64,000 nt of DNA from Eledone cirrhosa (lineage: Eukaryota): positions 17,608,001 to 17,672,000 of the forward strand of contig OZ024740.1 of assembly GCA_964016885.1 (NCBI GenBank), in the 5' to 3' direction. The stretch's first letter is position 1; every line of letters starts with the position of its first letter. Made by a program: the position numbers and the translations under genes. Below the pieces are notes generated by a model. The model was given only the letters and a program-made list of their open reading frames with translations. It ran no database searches and was not told the origin of the DNA. Of this stretch, positions 13,170-25,460 are shown in pieces.

Positions 13170-13525
13170 ATATGAGAGATGTAAGATAAGAAAATTATAA
13201 AATTATAAAAAAATTATAAAATTGACTTACTTACTAAAATATCACTTCCAACTAATTAGTTTCTGGAATGGAGTAAATATATTTTCCGAAGAACATATAT
13301 AGAAAAGCATTCCGTTTTTTTAATAGGTTTCCAGAGTCCTCGCTATGCCTGGAAACTTACATGAAAAGAGACTTTCCTGACGACGGAATGCTTTTCTATA
13401 TGTTCTTCGGAAAATATATTTACTCCATTCCAGAAACTAATTAGTTGGAAGTGATATTTTAGTAAGTAAGTCAATTTTATAATTTTTTTATAATTTTATA
13501 ATTTTCTTATCTTACGTCTCTCATA
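13170..13525. mobile_element. Foldback element with ~145-bp arms, probable Penelope-like pLTR remnant
   Basis: 13170-13315 is a near-perfect reverse complement of 13383-13525. Contains a hammerhead motif and is followed by (TA)n. Confidence 0.65.
13371..13452 (+). ncRNA. Type I hammerhead ribozyme motif
   Basis: Stem I ACUUUC/GGAAGU, core CUGACGA (13377-13383), stem II GGAAUG/CAUUCC, GAAA (13433-13436), palindromic stem III ACUAAUUAGU, GUU cleavage triplet ending at 13446. Confidence 0.75.
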
Positions 13526-13538
13526 TATATATATATAT

Positions 13539-13891
13539 CATCATCATCATCATCATCACCGTTTTACGTCCGTTCTTCCACGCTAGCATGGGTTAGACGG
13601 GTTGTCCTGTTGTGGGCAGTGTCTGGTCGGCTGACCATGCCTTGCTCATACAGGAACTGATCTGGCTTGATTTCTACAGCTGGATGCCCTTCCTAACACC
13701 AACCTCATTTACAGTGAGTGCTGGGTGCTTTTTCGTGGCGCCTACACGTCCACTTTACAGTGTGGGCTGGGTGCTTTTTTGCCGTGGCACCTCCACGACC
13801 ACCTTGCAGTGGGGGGAGTGGGGGCATATTGTTTATATGCTTCAGCATGTACCCATGGGAGGTCGGGTACCCTGTATTACTGCGTGACGCC

Positions 13892-13892
<1 letters not shown>
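13539..13892 (-). mobile_element. RTE subfamily B 3' end (5'-truncated), in (TA)n
   Basis: Starts at WRHAVIQ-coding TGGCGTCACGCAGTAATACAG and ends in (GAT)n. Homologous to 18343-18645. Confidence 0.8.
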
Positions 13893-13929
<37 letters not shown>

Positions 13930-14280
13930 GGTCAAATAACTGAGAGAGGGAGAGTCAAATAGAGAGAGATTTGATCTCAGAAACCAAACCCCACCCACCT
14001 AACAGGATTTCAATTGAAACTGCAATGAGCTAAAATAAATACTTTAAAGCAATTCTTCAGATGTTCTGAGCCTGCTGCCAATTGGCCATCTTTGGAACAT
14101 AGAAGGTTCTAACATAAAATTATAATACAAGGATAATAAAATGCACCCAGTCCACCCTGTTAGGTGGTCATGTTCATGACATGACAAAACACACACACAG
14201 TTTGCATGAAGACCTGTCTAACCCATGCCAGTATAAAAAAAATGGATGTTAAACGATGATTATATATATATATATATATA

Positions 14281-17200
14281 TCCGCGTACGCACCCCAATC
14301 CGTACTGCCTGACGTTATAAAAGACAGATTCTATGAGTCGCTAATGCTCACTACCTCCCAAAAAACCGACAGTGACTACATAATTATTGCTGGTGACCTA
14401 AATGGTCACGGACAACATTGTGACGGCTATGATGGAATCCACGGAGGCTATGGGTTTGGTACTAGAAATGAGGAAGCCTCCAGAATCCTGGAATTCTATG
14501 ATGCAAATAACCTAACTATCTGTAACACTAACTTCAAAAAACGAGACAATCACTTGATCACCTACAGATCAGGGGAACATACAAGCCAGGTAGATTATAT
14601 CCTTACCAGGAGACATGACAGAGTATCTGTTGTAAACACTAAATCCCTTCCCCATGAAGAATGCACCTCCCAACATAGCCTCATAGTTAGCGACCTCATA
14701 GTCAGGACAAGGAGGACTACCCCAAGGAGAAGAATATGGAAGTTAAATGACCCTACAGCCAGTAACAAATTTAAAAGCATATTACTTGATGCTTTTGACA
14801 GTAAGGAAGAGCAATTAGAGACGTACAATATAGAGGAACAGTAGGGATTCCTGAAAGTTAACCTGCTGAAGGCGACAGATGAAATCTGTGGCTGGAGCAG
14901 GCCTATAGGCAGGAGGAGAATAACTTGGTGGTGGAACAGTAAGGTGGAGGAGTCAATTAAGGCCAAAAAGCAGGCTTGGAAAGTATGGGGGGATGGGGAA
15001 GTAGAGAAGACTATCAAGTGGCCAGGAGGGAAGCTAGGAGATAAGTGTACTTTGCAAGAAGGGAAGCAGAGGAAAGAAAGTTCAAGCATGTTCTACAACG
15101 CGAGGACCAAAAACGTGAGGTGTTCAGGATTGCTAGACAATGTGTCAAGGAAAACCGTGATATTGTCGGGGAGAAGTGTGTCCGTAATGATGATGTGTAC
15201 TTGCCATCACTGACGCTGATAAGAAGGTAGCTTGGAAGTGTCACTACGAGAGGCTACTAAATGAGGAGAATAAATGGGACAAAGATAGTCTGCCCCACAT
15301 CGATCCAATAGAGGGACCAGCAGTGCAAGTTGAAGGTAGTATAATAAGTAAGGCAATCAAAGATATGAAGACAGGCAAGGCAGCTGGGCCTTCGGAGATA
15401 GTTGCTGAAATGCTGAAAGCATCTGGAATGGTAGGACACACTATGGTCACTCGGATAGTAAACCAAGTCATACAGAATGGGGTCATACCAAATGACTGGT
15501 GTAGCAGCATCATCATTAACTGCTACAAGGGTAAAGGAGATGCACTAGATAGAGGAAACTATAGAGGCATTAAATTAATTGACTAGGTCATGAAGGTCAC
15601 AGAAAAAGTTATAGCGCAACTAACCAGAGAGCAAATTGATCTAGATAAAATGCAGTTTGGGTTTGTGTCAGGTAAAAGTACCACAGACGCCCTTTTCCTT
15701 GTATGACAACTACAGGAGAAGTACCTAGCTAAAAGTAAACCCCTATACTTGGCTTTTGTTGACTTGGAGAAAGCATTTGGCAGAATCCCCCGCGCCATAA
15801 TCTGGTGGGCCCTTAGAAAACTAGGGGTTGATGAATGGCTTATGAGAGCTATACAAGCCATGTAAAAAGAAACAGTCAGCAAGGTTAGAATTAACAACGA
15901 ATATAGTGAAGAATTTAGTGTAAAAGTTGGTGTTCATCAGGGCTCTGTCCTTATCCCCCGCCCCCTATTTATTATTGCCCTTCAGGCTATAACAGAGGAG
16001 TTCAAGACCGGCTGCCCATGAGAACTTCTCTATGCAGATGATCAATGGCTGAACTAGAGAAGAAATTCCAAACATGGAAGCATGGCTTAGAATCAGAAGG
16101 CCTTAAAGTTAACTTGTCTAAGACTAAAGTTCTAGTATGTTGGAAGGAAAATAGGGCACTGGTCCCCTCTGGTAAATGGCCATGCTCAGTGTGTAGGAAA
16201 GGAGTATGCAGAAATTCCATTTTATGTCCCAAATGCAAAGTATGGGTGCATAAAAGATGTAGTGGGATCACAGGTAAACTATCTAAGAACGTTGATTTTA
16301 TATGTGGCCGGTGCTCAGGTGCAATAAGTAGCAAGTGCCCACAGGATACTAGCTCCATCTATTGCCCAGATGGCTTTATAGAAATAGTGGACAGCTTCTG
16401 TTACCTGGGTGACAAAATCAGCAGTGGTGGAGGGTGCTCAGAAAGTACAATAGCCAGAGTCAGAACGGGATGGTGAAAGTTCAGGGAGCTTATACCACTA
16501 TTGGCCGCTAAAGGTTTCTCTCTAAAAATGAAAGGCAGACTGTATGATGCCTGCATACGAACAGCTATGTTACATGGCAGTGAGACCTGGGCATTGTGTG
16601 CAGAGGACCTGCACTGACTGGAGAGGAACGAAGCATGCATGCTCCGCTAGATGTGTAATAGTAATATACGTGAACAGCAAAGCATAAATGAACTAAGTGA
16701 CAAATTAGGAATAAGAGGGATTAGATGCTGTTTACTCGAGAGAAGACTACATTGGTATGGTCATGTGATGCGCATTAAAGACGACAGCTGTATAAAAAAA
16801 GTGCAGGGCGACAAAATAGATGGTAGTTACGGAGTAGGTAGACCCAGGAAAACCTGGGACGATTTGATAAATTCCGACCTCACACACTTACACCTCTCCA
16901 AGACAATGTCACTGGACCGAGATCTTTGGCGCTACGCAGTAATACAGAAGACCCGCCTTACCTATGTACAAAGCGAAATCTACAGTCAGTAGGCACCTCT
17001 TAACCAAATATACACCCCCATCCCACTACCTCTACTCCCACCACATCCACACCACCCCTTTCTCTGTAAAGTTATGTTGGTACCACAATATCCTGTCCTA
17101 AATAAATGAGGTCGTGTAGGTGTCACGACAAAAAAAAAAACACACAGTCCACGCTGTAATGTGGCCGTGTAGGTAACACGGTAAACATGGTTGGTGTTAG

Positions 17201-17333
17201 GAAGGGCATCCAGCTGTAGAAAACCTGCCAGACAGTCCTATACGAGCAAGACAACCAATCTTGCCTTAATTGGGACAATTCCCATCTAAACCCATGCTAG
17301 CGTGGAAGGTAGACGTTAAACGATGATGATGAT
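14281..17333 (+). mobile_element. RTE-clade LINE, 5'-truncated and pseudogenised (APE + RT + PHD insert)
   Basis: APE motifs IIAGDLNGH, GGYGFGTRNEE, VDYILTR. RT motifs KAAGPS, FVDLEKAF, GVHQGSVL, YADD. Many stops and frameshifts. Ends GGACGTTAAAC(GAT)n and is flanked by (TA)n. Confidence 0.92.
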
Positions 17334-18342
17334 ATATATATGTCAATCGATTTTTAATTTAATGCTAATAAATGCTCGGATTTATCCCTTAGAATCTTTG
17401 AGCTTCTACAGGTGATATGGCGCATTCTGATATTCTCAGACATGACATCATTAATTTAATTTTGGTTATATATATATATTTACACATACACAGGAGCTGC
17501 TGGCCAAATAACTTTTGATATCAATGGGTTAAAGACATATGTAAAATCATTTAGTGGTCAGTTCTTCAGTCTCGAGGGAGAATGAGTCAAATAATGTTTG
17601 TACAAGTTGAAAACATGTATGTACACATATATATAAATCTATATATACACATGTACACACATACACACACTCCCATATATATATATATATATATATTGAA
17701 TGAGTGTGAAAGACCAAAGGTCATTATTGAAAGTCCCTGGATGTGTATACTTTTTATTGGAGAAGGTAAGAACGGTCACTTGCATAAATAACAATATACT
17801 ATACATTCACAATTATTTAAACATTCAATTATCACATTCTGTACTAACATGTAGTATTACTGTACACAGCCAGTAATATGTACAGTATATATACACTATA
17901 ATTACTAAAAAATACACATTGCTTTCCGCAAAAATTTGATTGCATTGTTTTGTTTTCACTTTATAGGATTCTATATGTGGATGGGCCCCCTTTATCTCCT
18001 GGCAACCAATATTTTAGACCTAGTCTGCCACTGTATATATAAATATATATACATATATATATACATAAAGTATTTCCCTCATAAAATAACATATCTCAGA
18101 TACTATTTGTGATTTTACTTTTTCATTGTTTTAATTTATAAATTTGAAGCTAAATGTTTTAATTACATGTTTTACATGTAATTTTCAATAACAAAATGGT
18201 GCGCATGAAACAAAAAGGGAAAGACTTTATGCTCACCCTGTATATATACATGTGTTTGTGCATAGAACAATAAAAAAACAGAAGTCAAACACAGATAGAT
18301 AGTTCATTGTTTTAGAATCGTTGGACAGGGGTGATTGATCAA

Positions 18343-18645
18343 TGGCGTCACGCAGTAATACAGAAGACCCGACTTCCCACGGGTACAAGCTGAAGCTGAA
18401 GCATATAGACAATATGCTCCCAACCCCTCCCACTGCAAAGTGGTCGTGGAGGCGCCACGGCAAAAAACACCCAGCACTCACAATGAGGTTGGTATTAGGA
18501 AGTGCATCCAGCTGTAGAAATCAAGCCAGAATCAGTTCCCGTATGAGCAAGGCATGATCAGCTGACTGGACACTGCTCACAACAGGACAACCCGTCTAAC
18601 CCATGCTAGCGTGGAAGAACGGACGTAAAATGATGATGATGATGA
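18343..18645 (+). mobile_element. RTE subfamily B 3' end
   Basis: ORF end WRHAVIQKTRLP, 3'UTR CACTGCAAAGTGGTCGTGGAGG..., (GAT)n tail. Confidence 0.8.
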
Positions 18646-18702
18646 TATATACTATGACTATTAAATGAGGAGAATAAATGGGAAAAAGATAGTCTGCCCC
18701 AC

Positions 18703-19153
18703 ACACATCTCTCTAATACAATGTCTCTGGACCGAGACCTTTGGCGCTACGCAGTAATACAGAAGACCCGCCTTGCCTATGTACAAAGCAAAACCTACAG
18801 TCAGTAGGCACATCTTAACCAAATATACACCCCAATCTACTGCCCCTACCCTATCCCCCCACTCCCACCAACAGCACAAGAAAATGAGATCGAGTTTGTG
18901 TAGGTGTCACAACAAAAAAACACACACAGTCCACGCTGTAATGTGGCCATGTAGGTAACACAGTAAAAAGTTCCCAGTTCCACACTGTAAATGTGGTTGG
19001 TGTTAGGAAGGGTATCCAGCAGTAGAAAACCTGCCAGATAGTCCTATATGAGCGAGACACAGTCACCCGACCAGCCTTGCCTCAAGTGGGACAACTCCCG
19101 TCTAACCCATGCTAGCGTGGAAAACGGATGTAAAATGATGATGATGATGATGA
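18703..19153 (+). mobile_element. RTE 3' fragment flanked by a ~55-bp direct repeat
   Basis: Homologous to 16895-17333. Flanks 18646-18701 and 19154-19209 are near-identical. Confidence 0.75.
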
Positions 19154-19159
19154 TATATA

Positions 19160-20150
19160 CTATGACTATTAAATGAGAAGAATAAATGGGAAAAAGATAG
19201 TCTGCCCCAAATCGATCCAATAGAAGGACCAGCGGTGCAAGTTAAAGGTATTATAATAAGTAAGGCAATCAAAGATATGAAGACAGGCAAGGCAGCTGGG
19301 CCTTCGGAGATAATTGCTGAGATGTTGAAGGCATCTGGTATGGTGGGACACACTATGGTCACCTGTATAGTTAACCAAGTAATACTGAATGGGGTCATAC
19401 TGAAAAACTGACGTAGCAGCAGCATCATTAACTGCTACAAGGGTAAAGGGGATGCTCTAGATAGGAGAAACTATAAAGGTATTAAGTTAGTTGACCAGGT
19501 CATGAAGGTCACAGAGAGCGAATTGATCTAGATGAAATGTAGTTTGGGTTTGTGTCAGGTAAAAGTACCACAGATGCTCTTTTCCTTGTACGACAACTAC
19601 AGGAGAAGTACCTAGCTAAAAGTAAACCCCTCTACTTAGCTTTTGTAGACCTGGAGAAAGCTTTTGACAGAGTCCTCCGCTCCATTATCTGGTAGGCTCT
19701 TCGAAAACTAGGTGTAGATGAATGGCTTGTGAGAGCTATACAAGCTATGTATAATGAAACAGTCAGTAAGGTTAGAATTAACAATGAATATTGTGAAGAA
19801 TTTAGTGTAAAAGTTAGCGTTCATCAAGGCTCTGTCCTTAGCCCCCTCTTATTTATTATTGCCCTTCAGGCTATAAGAGAGGAGTTCAAGTCCGGCTGCC
19901 CATGGGAACTCCTATACGCAGATGATCTAACGCTCATAGCTGAATTAGAGAAGAAATTCGAAACATGGAAGCATGGCCTAGAATCAAAAGGGCTTAAAGT
20001 TAACTTGTCTAAGACTAAAGTTCTAGTTTGTAGAAAGGAAAATAGAGCACAGGTGCCCTCAGGGAAATTGCCATGCTCAGTGTGTAGGAAAAGAGTAGGC
20101 AGAAATTCCATTTTATGTCCCAAATAGCGTGGAAAACGGACGTTAAACGG
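19160..20150 (+). mobile_element. RTE LINE, truncated and internally deleted
   Basis: RT motifs KAAGPS to LLYADDL. At 20125 the sequence jumps from mid-PHD directly to the terminal TAGCGTGGAAAACGGACGTTAAAC. Confidence 0.85.
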
Positions 20151-20271
20151 ATAGTTATATATATATATATATCATCATCTGATGATATATATATATAACT
20201 ATCCAGAAGTTTTCTCAGGAATGTCAGTACCAGCAGGAATGACGAATGAGGTGGGGATGATCAATACTTAC

Positions 20272-20465
20272 TGATTTGCCCTTTTTGTCTTTTCTCAAGA
20301 AAGAGAAGAAGCCCTTCTTTTTACGAGACTCTCCCGGAGGTGGCATGTAGATGTAATTCTTTGAGGGTCCTTGGCTTTGGTTTGGCTGGTTTGGCTGGTT
20401 TGGCTGGTTTGCAATCCAACTTGTCTCCGATAGATTTGGCACCGACATGTAATGGTCAACTGATG
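20272..20465 (-). CDS. COBL: Cobl-like gene exon with KKKGFFSFLRK motif (194 nt, phase 1-0)
   Basis: Acceptor tctacag| at 20466 and donor TCA|GTAAGT at 20271. Peptide ASVDHYMSVPNLS...PPPGESRKKKGFFSFLRKDKKGKS resembles the KGFFSFF motif of Cobl/Cobll1. Confidence 0.85.
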
Positions 20466-21065
20466 CTGTAGAATATAAAGAATGGTAACAAAAAGTATTG
20501 GACATTGGTAATAATATAGAGTGGTAGATGATGGAGATAATGGCAATCAAGAGATGATGATGATGATGAAGACCTCTTTGATAACGGTGGGGATGGTGTG
20601 TGGTATATACTCTTCACTGAGTTATACAGACTCTCCCTTGTTACTCTCACCAATGTAGTCTATGAGAGAAGGCCTTGTTGGAAACCCATAATCACCAAAG
20701 TTATTTGTTTACAATATATGACATTTAAAAAAAAAGTTTTTATTCACAGTTGTATAATGTTTCTAAACACAAATATAAACACATAAAATAAAGGAAGAAA
20801 AAGAAAAAAAGTGGGGAGCAAATACAAGAAATGAAAACGACCACCAAGTGCAACAATCAACTGCACCTCATTTTACATGTTTTCCATGCTAGCATGGGTT
20901 GAATTATAACATGAAATATAAGTTCAGTCAAATCTGATTTCATTAAGGAACTAAAGATATTTCCAAAGCATATTTTGTTTTAGTTTCTCAAAATTATCTC
21001 CCTTCCTTATTCAGATTCACTAACTGTAGCTAGGTTTATATTTCCCTTTGTCTAGGAGGGAAAGT

Positions 21066-21557
21066 TATGATGTTGGTGGTGGTGGTGGTGATTATGATGG
21101 TGGTTATGGTGGTTGTTATGATGGTGGTGGTGGTTATGATGGTGGTGGTGGTGGTTATGATGGTGGTGGTGGTTATGATGATGGTGGTGGTGGTTATGAT
21201 GGTGGTGGTGGTTATGATGGTGGTGGTGGTGATGGTGGTGGTGATTATGATGGTAGTGGTGGTGGTGGTTATGGTGGTGGTGGTGGTGGTGGTGGTGGTT
21301 ATATGATGGTAGTGATGGTGGTGGTTGTGGTGGTTATGGTGGTGGTGGTGATTGTGGTGGTGGTGGTGATTATGGTGGTGGTGGTGGTGGTGGTTATGGT
21401 GGTGATTATGGTGGTGGTGGTTATGATGGTGGTTATGATGGTGGTTGTGGTGGTTATGGTGGTGGTTATGATGATGGTAGTGGTGGTGGTTATGATTTTG
21501 GTAGTGGTTATGGTGGTGGTAGTAGTGGTTATGGTGGTGGTGGTGGTGGTTATGATA
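21066..21557. repeat. (GGT/GAT/TAT)n compound microsatellite
   Basis: Direct reading of the sequence. Confidence 0.9.
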
Positions 21558-22063
21558 TTAGCAGTAAAAATTGCATTTTTATGTGTTTTTTTTACTGAAG
21601 AATTTCAACAGTGTACTGAGTTCAAATCATGGTGTAACTTATTTGGATGGTAGACCTAATCCTTGAGTTTAATACCACGACCTGGCCCTTTAGTGCAAGA
21701 AAAACAACTATTGTAATATCACTAAGAAAGAATTTGTTTCTCCAATAAACCTAAAAAAAATCATTTGGGGCTTATGCTATTTTGCATCAACACATTTTTA
21801 AATGGCTTATTTGTAGAGTAAATAAAACAAAATGCTTTAAGGTATTTGTTCAAGTTCTTTGTGCTATGAGTTCAAATCCCATCAATGTTAACTTTGCCTT
21901 TCATCTTTTTGAGGTCAATAAAATAAAATACCATTTCAGGGTACTTGTCAAACAAAAGGTCAGGAAGACTCTTCAGCTGTATCAAAGACATGACAACCTC
22001 CCTAGTGCTTGTGTCACATAAAATTCATCCAGTTCATTCTGTAGGGTGAGGGAATGTATTTAA

Positions 22064-22284
22064 CTCTTTAGCATTTAAACCGGCTATATCCGGCCAGAAT
22101 TTCCTCACCTATTTCTGTTCAAACTGGCTGTAAACAGTCACTCATTTTGATGTTAAGGTATTGTTCTCAAAATAAACAGTATCAAAATCTCGTAGATTCG
22201 ATATTATGTGAGATAATTATGTGATATAAAGTGTTTACTGTGAAAATAAAATAGTATTTATAGAGTAATGTAAAAGCTAAAGGG
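22064..22284. mobile_element. piggyBac-like MITE, monomeric form
   Basis: TTAA|CTCTTTAGCATTTA ... TAAAAGCTAAAGGG|TTAA, about 220 bp. Confidence 0.85.
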
Positions 22285-22681
22285 TTAAGTGAAAAATAGG
22301 TCCCTGGTCTGTCAAAGAGGTCAGGAGCTCTGATTAAATACAGACATGGTTGGTGACAACTTGTCTAAACTTTGTTAGCAAGGAAAATGAACATTAAATA
22401 ATGGTAATAATTATAGTAATGATGTCAGACAAGGTGTCTTGCGGTATTTGTTCAAGTTCTTTGCATTCACAGTTCTTGGGAGGTAAACATAATTTCCCAA
22501 CTAATTTCACACCACCATCTTGTTGGCAGTGTTGCAAGCATTTGAGTTAGATCTCCAGTTTGAGAATAACTATCAACTAGTCTTAGAAATATCTAAAAAA
22601 TAAGGAGGAATGGGAGCTGCCTTTCCCTCCTTCACTAAAAGAAAAAGAATTAAATATATTTATGAGTTTTATATTTAATAA

Positions 22682-22868
22682 TAATAACTGTTTCTACTTT
22701 AGGCACAAGGCCAGAAATTACCCAGTGCATTACTGGTACTTTATTTTATCGACCCCGTAAGGATGAAAGGCAAAGTCAACCTCGGCGGGATTTGAACTCA
22801 GATCGTAAAGGGACGTAACTATGCTGGAAAGCATGGCGTCCGACCCTCCACCGATACTGCCAATCCAA
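22682..22868 (-). mobile_element. tRNA-derived SINE with Deu/Nin-like domain
   Basis: Minus strand reads TGGCAGTATCGG ... GAGTTCAAATCC ... GCCTTTCATCCTTACGGGGTCGATAAAATAAAGTACCAG, with an (ATT)n tail. Confidence 0.8.
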
Positions 22869-23299
22869 TAATAATAATATTCAATTCGTTTGCAAGCAAA
22901 CAGCCTCATTATGCTGTGTTTTAGATGACCATCACCATCCTTTTGTTCTAGAGGTGACAGAGAGAAATAATTGACAATATCATTTCTGGGTTATTGCCCT
23001 TTGTCAAGATTGTGTATCTTGCAAACAAATCAAATATTATCCGATATAAAACTCATGAATACATTTATGTATCCACTATGTTAGAGCCAAAACCAAATTC
23101 TAATTTTGTTTTTAAACATTTTTTCGAAATAAGTGCATAAATATTTTATAAAATAAATATTTCCACATTAACAATTAAGAGTAGCATTGTTTGTATATTT
23201 AAAGGTTTGTTGCATTTTTCCTAGACAATAAAAACAAAGATAACAGAAACTGGTAAAAAACCAACAACAAATACCAGGAAAAGTAAATATTTGAATTAC

Positions 23300-23528
23300 C
23301 TGTGTTAACCAAATTGAGTTCATACTGTTGAAGACCAAGTTCCTGGAGTGTGTACTTTAAATTAATCATGGATCCAGGCTTGTCAGGACGTTGCAATACA
23401 AATAGATTAGGGTCGAGGTTCTTTTCTTCACACACGCTCTGGTGCAATTCATGTAATGGATGATTGCAACTCATCCTTCGCACCACTTTCTGCCCATGTG
23501 GCAGGTTTATGGTCAATCGGTACGTCAT
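23300..23528 (-). CDS. COBL: Cobl-like gene exon encoding the cordon-bleu ubiquitin-like (RBD-fold) domain (229 nt, phase 0-1)
   Basis: Acceptor ttttcag|ATG and donor G|GTAATT. MTYRLTINLPHGQKVVRRMS..PLHEL..VCEEKNLDP..FVLQR....INL..TLQELGL aligns by eye with the Cobl TVRLVVN...QKAVVRVSP..PL...IC...SLNELGI domain. Confidence 0.85.
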
Positions 23529-23558
23529 CTGAAAATATTAATAAAATTACTTTGTTAA

Positions 23559-23778
23559 CCCTTTAGCATTTAAACCGGCCATATCTGGCCAGAATTCTCT
23601 CATCTTTTCCCATTTAAATCAGCCATAACCAGCTGTTTATACTTATGTTAAGGTATTGTTCTCAAAATAAATGATATCAAAATCTCATAGATTCAATATT
23701 ATGTGAGATATTATGTAAGATAAAGTGTTTACTGTGAAAATACAATAGTATATATAGAGTAATGTAAATGTAAAAGGG
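23559..23778. mobile_element. piggyBac-like MITE, monomeric form
   Basis: TTAA|CCCTTTAGCATTTA ... TAAATGTAAAAGGG|TTAA. Confidence 0.85.
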
Positions 23779-24002
23779 TTAAAACCTTATTTCGCTGTTT
23801 ATAAACAACTGCCTTCTACAGTACGTTTCATTTAACTTACGCAGCATATTTATTTGTTTACATGTAATGTAATTCAGACTCTTCTGTACACACACAATAT
23901 TTAGGAAAACGGAAACAAAATACACAAAAAAACAGACATTTTATTTCTATCGTAATCAAGTGCGCTAAACCTATATTGTTTAGATTCTGTGTTTTTCTAC
24001 GG

Positions 24003-25450
<1,448 letters not shown>

Positions 25451-25460
<10 letters not shown>

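Noticed and set aside
21048-21653. Gly/Tyr-rich (GGGYD) structural protein ORF
   Set aside because: GGT/GAT microsatellite with a non-ATG start that shifts into poly-Val, antisense within an intron.
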